64,000 bases of DNA from Octopus vulgaris (Eukaryota), in contig OX597829.1 in the NCBI GenBank assembly GCA_951406725.2, positions 12,648,001 to 12,712,000 on the forward strand, in the 5' to 3' direction. The number at the start of each line of letters is the position of its first letter. The stretch's first letter is position 1. Below, piece after piece: positions 59,166-64,000 of this stretch. Under the pieces are notes generated by a model. That model was given only the letters and a program-made list of their open reading frames with translations. It ran no database searches and was not told where the DNA came from. The position numbers were made by a program, and so were the translations under genes.

Positions 59166-59186
59166 AATGATATATATATCTTTTAT

Positions 59187-59254
<68 letters not shown>

Positions 59255-59301
59255 ATAGATATATCTGTGTGTATATGTATGTATATATATCTGTATGTAT
59301 G

Positions 59302-59339
<38 letters not shown>

Positions 59340-59831
59340 TACATACATATATATATACACACGGATCAGATCATTAACAGATGAACCATACACTTTGATT
59401 CTCATATATAAATTTACACGTTCACCCTTATGTATAGATGTAAACATTTACCCAATACACACAAGTGCAACAGCACCAGCACACATAACCTCAAACGTAG
59501 TCATTCGTGTTGGTAATTCATACAAGTGGTTACGATTCACTAAGCCAATGAAAGAGATATTTATTTATGTCAATGTTACTATGGGAACTTCTTAGAAGCC
59601 AGCTTTCCCTTAGATATTTGTATAAATTCATATTGACTTCATTAAGTGCAGCGCAGTGATAAATACATGTGATTTGTCTGTATCACACTACAACACGCAA
59701 CACATGGCCACATACAATCAAGCAACAGACTAGATTCACCTAACAACAAACAATACATAACAATGGAAAGCACAACCGACCACACATAGCACCACTACAC
59801 ACACACACGTACATAAGTTTTTTACATATGA

Positions 59832-59993
59832 AGGTGCAGCCGTGGTTGTGTGGTAAGAATCATACTCCCCAGCCGTATTGTTCCGGGTTCAGTTCCAATG
59901 CGAGACACCGTGGGCAAATATTTTCACCTAAAACCCAGGACCAACTTAAGCCTCATTAGTGGATTTGGTACACGGAAATTGAAAGAAGCCCAT
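59832..59993 (+). mobile_element. tRNA-derived SINE, 5' part
   Basis: tggttgtgtggtaag...gggttcagttcc. Confidence 0.7.
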
Positions 59994-59995
59994 CT

Positions 59996-60036
<41 letters not shown>

Positions 60037-60067
60037 TTGTGTGCATGTGTGTATGTGTGTGTATGTA

Positions 60068-60297
60068 GTGATGGCTTGTTGCCAACTTAATGTGGCAGTA
60101 CCAGGAAAGGGAAGGATGCTACTGCTATTTAGCTCCAAGAAACACCGTTTCCCCTTGGCTACACAACACAAGCATTCTGTGTCCTTAAATTTTCAAACAG
60201 GGGAGATAAGCACATCCACCTAATAAAGCCAGCACCCGGAGACTAGTTTCAGAGTAATTGATCTTCTTCAGTCTGGAGTAGCTTGTTTTTGCTAGCT
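60068..60297 (-). mobile_element. Diverged relative of the 354-bp retrozyme-like unit
   Basis: Minus strand ctcccctgtttgaaaatttaaggacacagaa matches ctcccctttgcaaatataaggacacagaa; same end point. Confidence 0.7.
60236..60276 (-). ncRNA. Type I hammerhead motif, GUC site
   Basis: ccaga CTGAAGA aga-tcaattac-tct GAAA ctag TC tccgg. Confidence 0.72.
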
Positions 60298-62038
60298 TTT
60301 TTTTTCTTTATTATAAGCATATAGCTCTTACAGAGAAGGGACGAACAACGACAGACAACACAATACAGTGGGGTACATAATACGAAAATCGAATGAATAT
60401 GAATATAGTGATATAATGAAAAAAATGAAATGTCTTATTTGTGCCCCACACGCAAACAGTTTCCTTTAACTGCTTATGCAATTCATGTCCGTGTACAGTA
60501 TATGTTCCTTTTTTTAAAAAAATCACATTACAATTTAGCAATTTTACTTACTTTTATATTCATCGACAACGTATTGCACAATGTCCTCGAATGTCACCAC
60601 TGGTGGCAGCTCGTTACATCGAAATCACAGATTCGTCAATTTAATCCGCTCACCGAACAATTCTTCCAATTTATCCGCTCTATTACTTTCCAGCAAAACC
60701 GCTGTCATCCTATGTATATTCTCTTCCCGTTATCTTAACTCTTATGACATTTTTCATCTTCGTAATCCTCTTCTCTATCTCTATACTTTTCTTGTATTTC
60801 ACCATCTTCCTCATATTTCTTCTTTGCGGTACCTCTTCCCACTTTCCATCTCCACTCCCTCCCGTTTTTTCCTGGTATTTGTGTGTCCATCTTACTGCCA
60901 CTCCTCGTTGTTGCTTCCTTTCCTTTCTGCACACTTTCTTTTTCATTTGTTCTCGCTTCTACAATTTTCTTTTTACTCCTTCTACACCCTGTATCAACAT
61001 CTCCAAATTGTCTTTTCTCTTTGTTTGCGAGGCTTTTTGGAGGCGATAATGCATTTTCCTCCCTCTTTTTCATTCTCTTTCCGACTGGGTGTTTCGCTTC
61101 TACTGCTTCCATCACTTCCTTTATCTGGCCTTGCACCACAACACCTTACTTCCACTCCTCCTGCTGCTGCTCCTGTTCTTCCTCCTGTTCCACTTCTTGT
61201 TTCTGGAACACCTCGCTTGCATGTGTTCCAGTGGTGGCAGATGGGAGGTCTTTTCTACCAATCATAGTTTGACGTCGTCCGGTAACACATTCTCATAAAA
61301 AAATTTATGTAGATCTGGGACGTTGATTTGGACCGTCACCTCAAGGCCGTATCCAAACCAGTTCACCTCCGTTGTTCTCGTGACCTTCAGGACATTGGTT
61401 TCCTCCTCGGTGTAGAAGAGGATAGCCGTCACCAGTCACGTTTCATCAATTTCTGGGGCACTCTGCCAATCCTAATTCTAGCCGCACGTTTGCCACAATA
61501 GGTTGGCAGTAGTGCCCACTCATCCGACCTTAATCACACAGTGGAGCACTTTACTGCATCTTGTTCGGTTGCAAACAGTGCCTCCACTTTGCTGTACTTC
61601 TTGCCTTTTTTTTGCTGTTTCTTCCAATATTTCTTTTGGAGGGGTCAGTCTCAGGCTGTTTCCTTCTTTAGCAATTAGCTCGTTAGCTTTTTTAATTCTT
61701 CTTTCGTCGAACTTGACTTCCTTGACCTGCACCAGGTCGCCATTTATACCCCTTCTTACTGCTGTAGCATAGCTAACGGCTGGTTGAGTATCCATAACTT
61801 CGTTGCTCATAAAAGTTTTCAGAAATTGTCTTCAGAAATTCACAATTCAATAAATAATTTGCAGAAATTTTCTACCCCGTAGGGCGAAAATTACAGTTTT
61901 CCACAGGACAACAGTTCAAATTTCAATAAAATTTTCAATACAAATATAACAAAATTCACAATAACAGAACAGGAAACGAGCTCACATACCGCAGGTAACA
62001 ACTGAAAACAACACCGTGTCGTAGAGAAAAAAGGTGTG
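60298..62038 (-). mobile_element. L1/Tx1-like ORF1-only non-autonomous element with AATAAA + poly(A) end
   Basis: MSNEVMDTQPAVSYATAV start, decayed RPPICH knuckle region, K/E-rich tail; gctagcaa duplicated at both ends. Confidence 0.6.
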
Positions 62039-62052
62039 GCCTTGCTAGCTGA

Positions 62053-64000
62053 ATTTTTTATTACGTTTCTAAAAATCTTGCACAGATGGGGATATTACAA
62101 GACATTACTAATACATAAAGATGTTATGATGAGATCATATCTACATTTTAAAAATTTGAATTTCAGCTTTATACAATTTAATTTTGACTTGTTTTTAAAA
62201 CTTTTCCTTTTTAAAACCAAGGGAACGCACCTGGCAGCCTGTAAGGCTCAGCAACAATCTATTTCTTCCTTCGTTGATGATTAAGCTGGTTTACTAACAC
62301 CCACCTTTCTCATCCCATCCTTCCATCGTTTTTCATACACGCTTCGCGACAGGGTTTTCCTCACCAACCCCATCTTGCTCTTCAGATGGTACCTGACATA
62401 AGTTAGCAACCGGGGGCCAGAGAAGAAGGACCCTCTCTACGATACCTTCCAATCTAGATCTCCATACGTACTCTTTCAATATTGTAACCGTAGAGAGAAA
62501 ACACGGAGTTCTGTTGGCGGTACCATATTTATTATAGATCCATCCGATAGCCATACTTTTCCCAGATGCGACAAGACGTGTTCTACGTAATTTATCAAGC
62601 TTGACAGCTCCGGACATTGTACAAAAGCGTGCTGAACTGTTTCGTCGTCCAGCCCACATCTTGGACATGTCGGTGGCACTGACATTCCGTGCCTGTATAA
62701 CTTATCGCGAGCAGGTAGAGCATTCCTGTATACAGCCAGGCCAGGGACTTTTGGTAATTATACAAATATCCTGGCCTGACAGTCCCACGAAACATGTTGG
62801 CGAGTTGGTTCTCGTCGAAGGACTGCTTACTTACATGTGGACTGCTAATTTACATGTGTCACATCTAGGACGACCAGCCTACTTTCTGGGTCTAGAAAGA
62901 CAGTACTTACTTGTAAGTCCAAGCTCTTCCTGATAAAGATTGCCACGCCCCCTCCTCTTCCTCGGCTAGGAGAAATAAAAGAGGCGAGAACGCTTGAGGT
63001 CTGCTCATCTTGGACTCGGTTGCAATAGCCACATCTACTCCTTGTGTCCTAAGGCAATCCAGGAAACAATCCTGATTCCATTTCGACCCCATTCCACGCA
63101 CATTCGCACAGTTTAATTTAATCATCGATGGAAGAAAAATGTTTTACTTGCGGTTGAGAAAGGGAGCATGACAGTTTATGTTTGCTTGCTTCCTCCACAC
63201 TCCCCGTAGCTGCTGGGTTTTTCACCGGCGTTGCCACCAGGCCCTAGGTTGGTGTGGCTGCCGGACTAATAAGTAGTTTACCCGCTATCACCTCTTCGGT
63301 AACGTCTTTTGTGGTATTGTTCTTTAAATGTTCTTGAAGCTTCTCCATCCATTCTTCGTCTCCAATCTTCGCATAGCGAACGTCAGACTTATTGTCTGCC
63401 GTTTTGTGGAAAAGTTTTATTTTATTTATTTTTATGTACCGAAAACCTTACCCGTTTTTCTTATGAAAAACAATGATTTTATCATTTTTTAAAAAACATT
63501 TTTGCTTGCAGGTGGGGTCAAACTATGTTCCAATTAATGTAATGCCAACGGGGTGGGATTGGGGAATTGTTTTGTGCTGTTCGTCTGTAGATATTTTTTG
63601 TATGGGGTAGTGTACTTTATTCCAGATAGGTGCCATACATTTTTCTACTGCTTCATTTTTTACGTCCATTATACGCTTTTCTTTGATGTTGTCGACTTTG
63701 TACACAACTGTTTTCGCATTAATGACTTGTACTGTCTCAAGGGGCGGCAGCAACTTGGTCTACGCTCCACTTTTTTTTAAATTAGATTTCTAAACTTGAA
63801 TAGCTGATCCAATGTTACTTCAAGTTCTGTAACGTTGCCGCCATCCGTGGTTGAAAAACTCTGTTTCTTCTTGGTATCCTGCTGGTTCACAGTTTCATTT
63901 CCTTTTCCCATCTCGGGAAAATCCTTTTTTGACGAAAGATCGAATTCCATATCCAGACTTGTCACGAATGACAAGAAAAAGTTTCAGAAAAAATAACCAG
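62053..64000 (-). mobile_element. Internally deleted L1/Tx1 element (ORF1 remnant, APE N-terminus, C-terminal Cys-rich domain)
   Basis: MIKLNCANVRGM..DVAIATES at 63125; CPRCGLDDETVQHAFVQCP at ~62670; RT absent; runs off the window. Confidence 0.75.

Overview
This is AT-rich eukaryotic repeat DNA with no recognisable host gene. The SINE, microsatellite and LINE content is compatible with an octopod cephalopod genome (inference). The window has two domains. Bases ~1-35.9 kb are a (TAA)n/(TTA)n field with at least six families of R4/Dong-type RT-REL non-LTR retrotransposons, all oriented by the microsatellite strand. The same domain holds three copies of a ~550-bp non-coding element with a possibly 5S rRNA-derived head, a homogeneous 131-bp satellite (~40 copies) and a 71-bp satellite lying inside a tRNA-SINE. 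Bases ~36-64 kb are a (TA)n field with a Penelope-like element (RT + GIY-YIG) carrying a 1.8-kb inverted duplication, two CR1-group LINEs, tRNA-SINEs and three L1/Tx1-like non-autonomous elements. It also holds 13 type I hammerhead-ribozyme motifs found by eye; several have palindromic stem III, a CCGANGA core variant or compensatory changes. The strongest candidates for something new are three. (1) A 354-bp retrozyme-like unit whose 5' end coincides with its hammerhead cleavage site. (2) Tx1-like elements that appear inserted in tandem just upstream of the hammerhead of a related repeat. (3) The TAA-targeting SINE-like element. All structures were read by eye; none were computed or searched.
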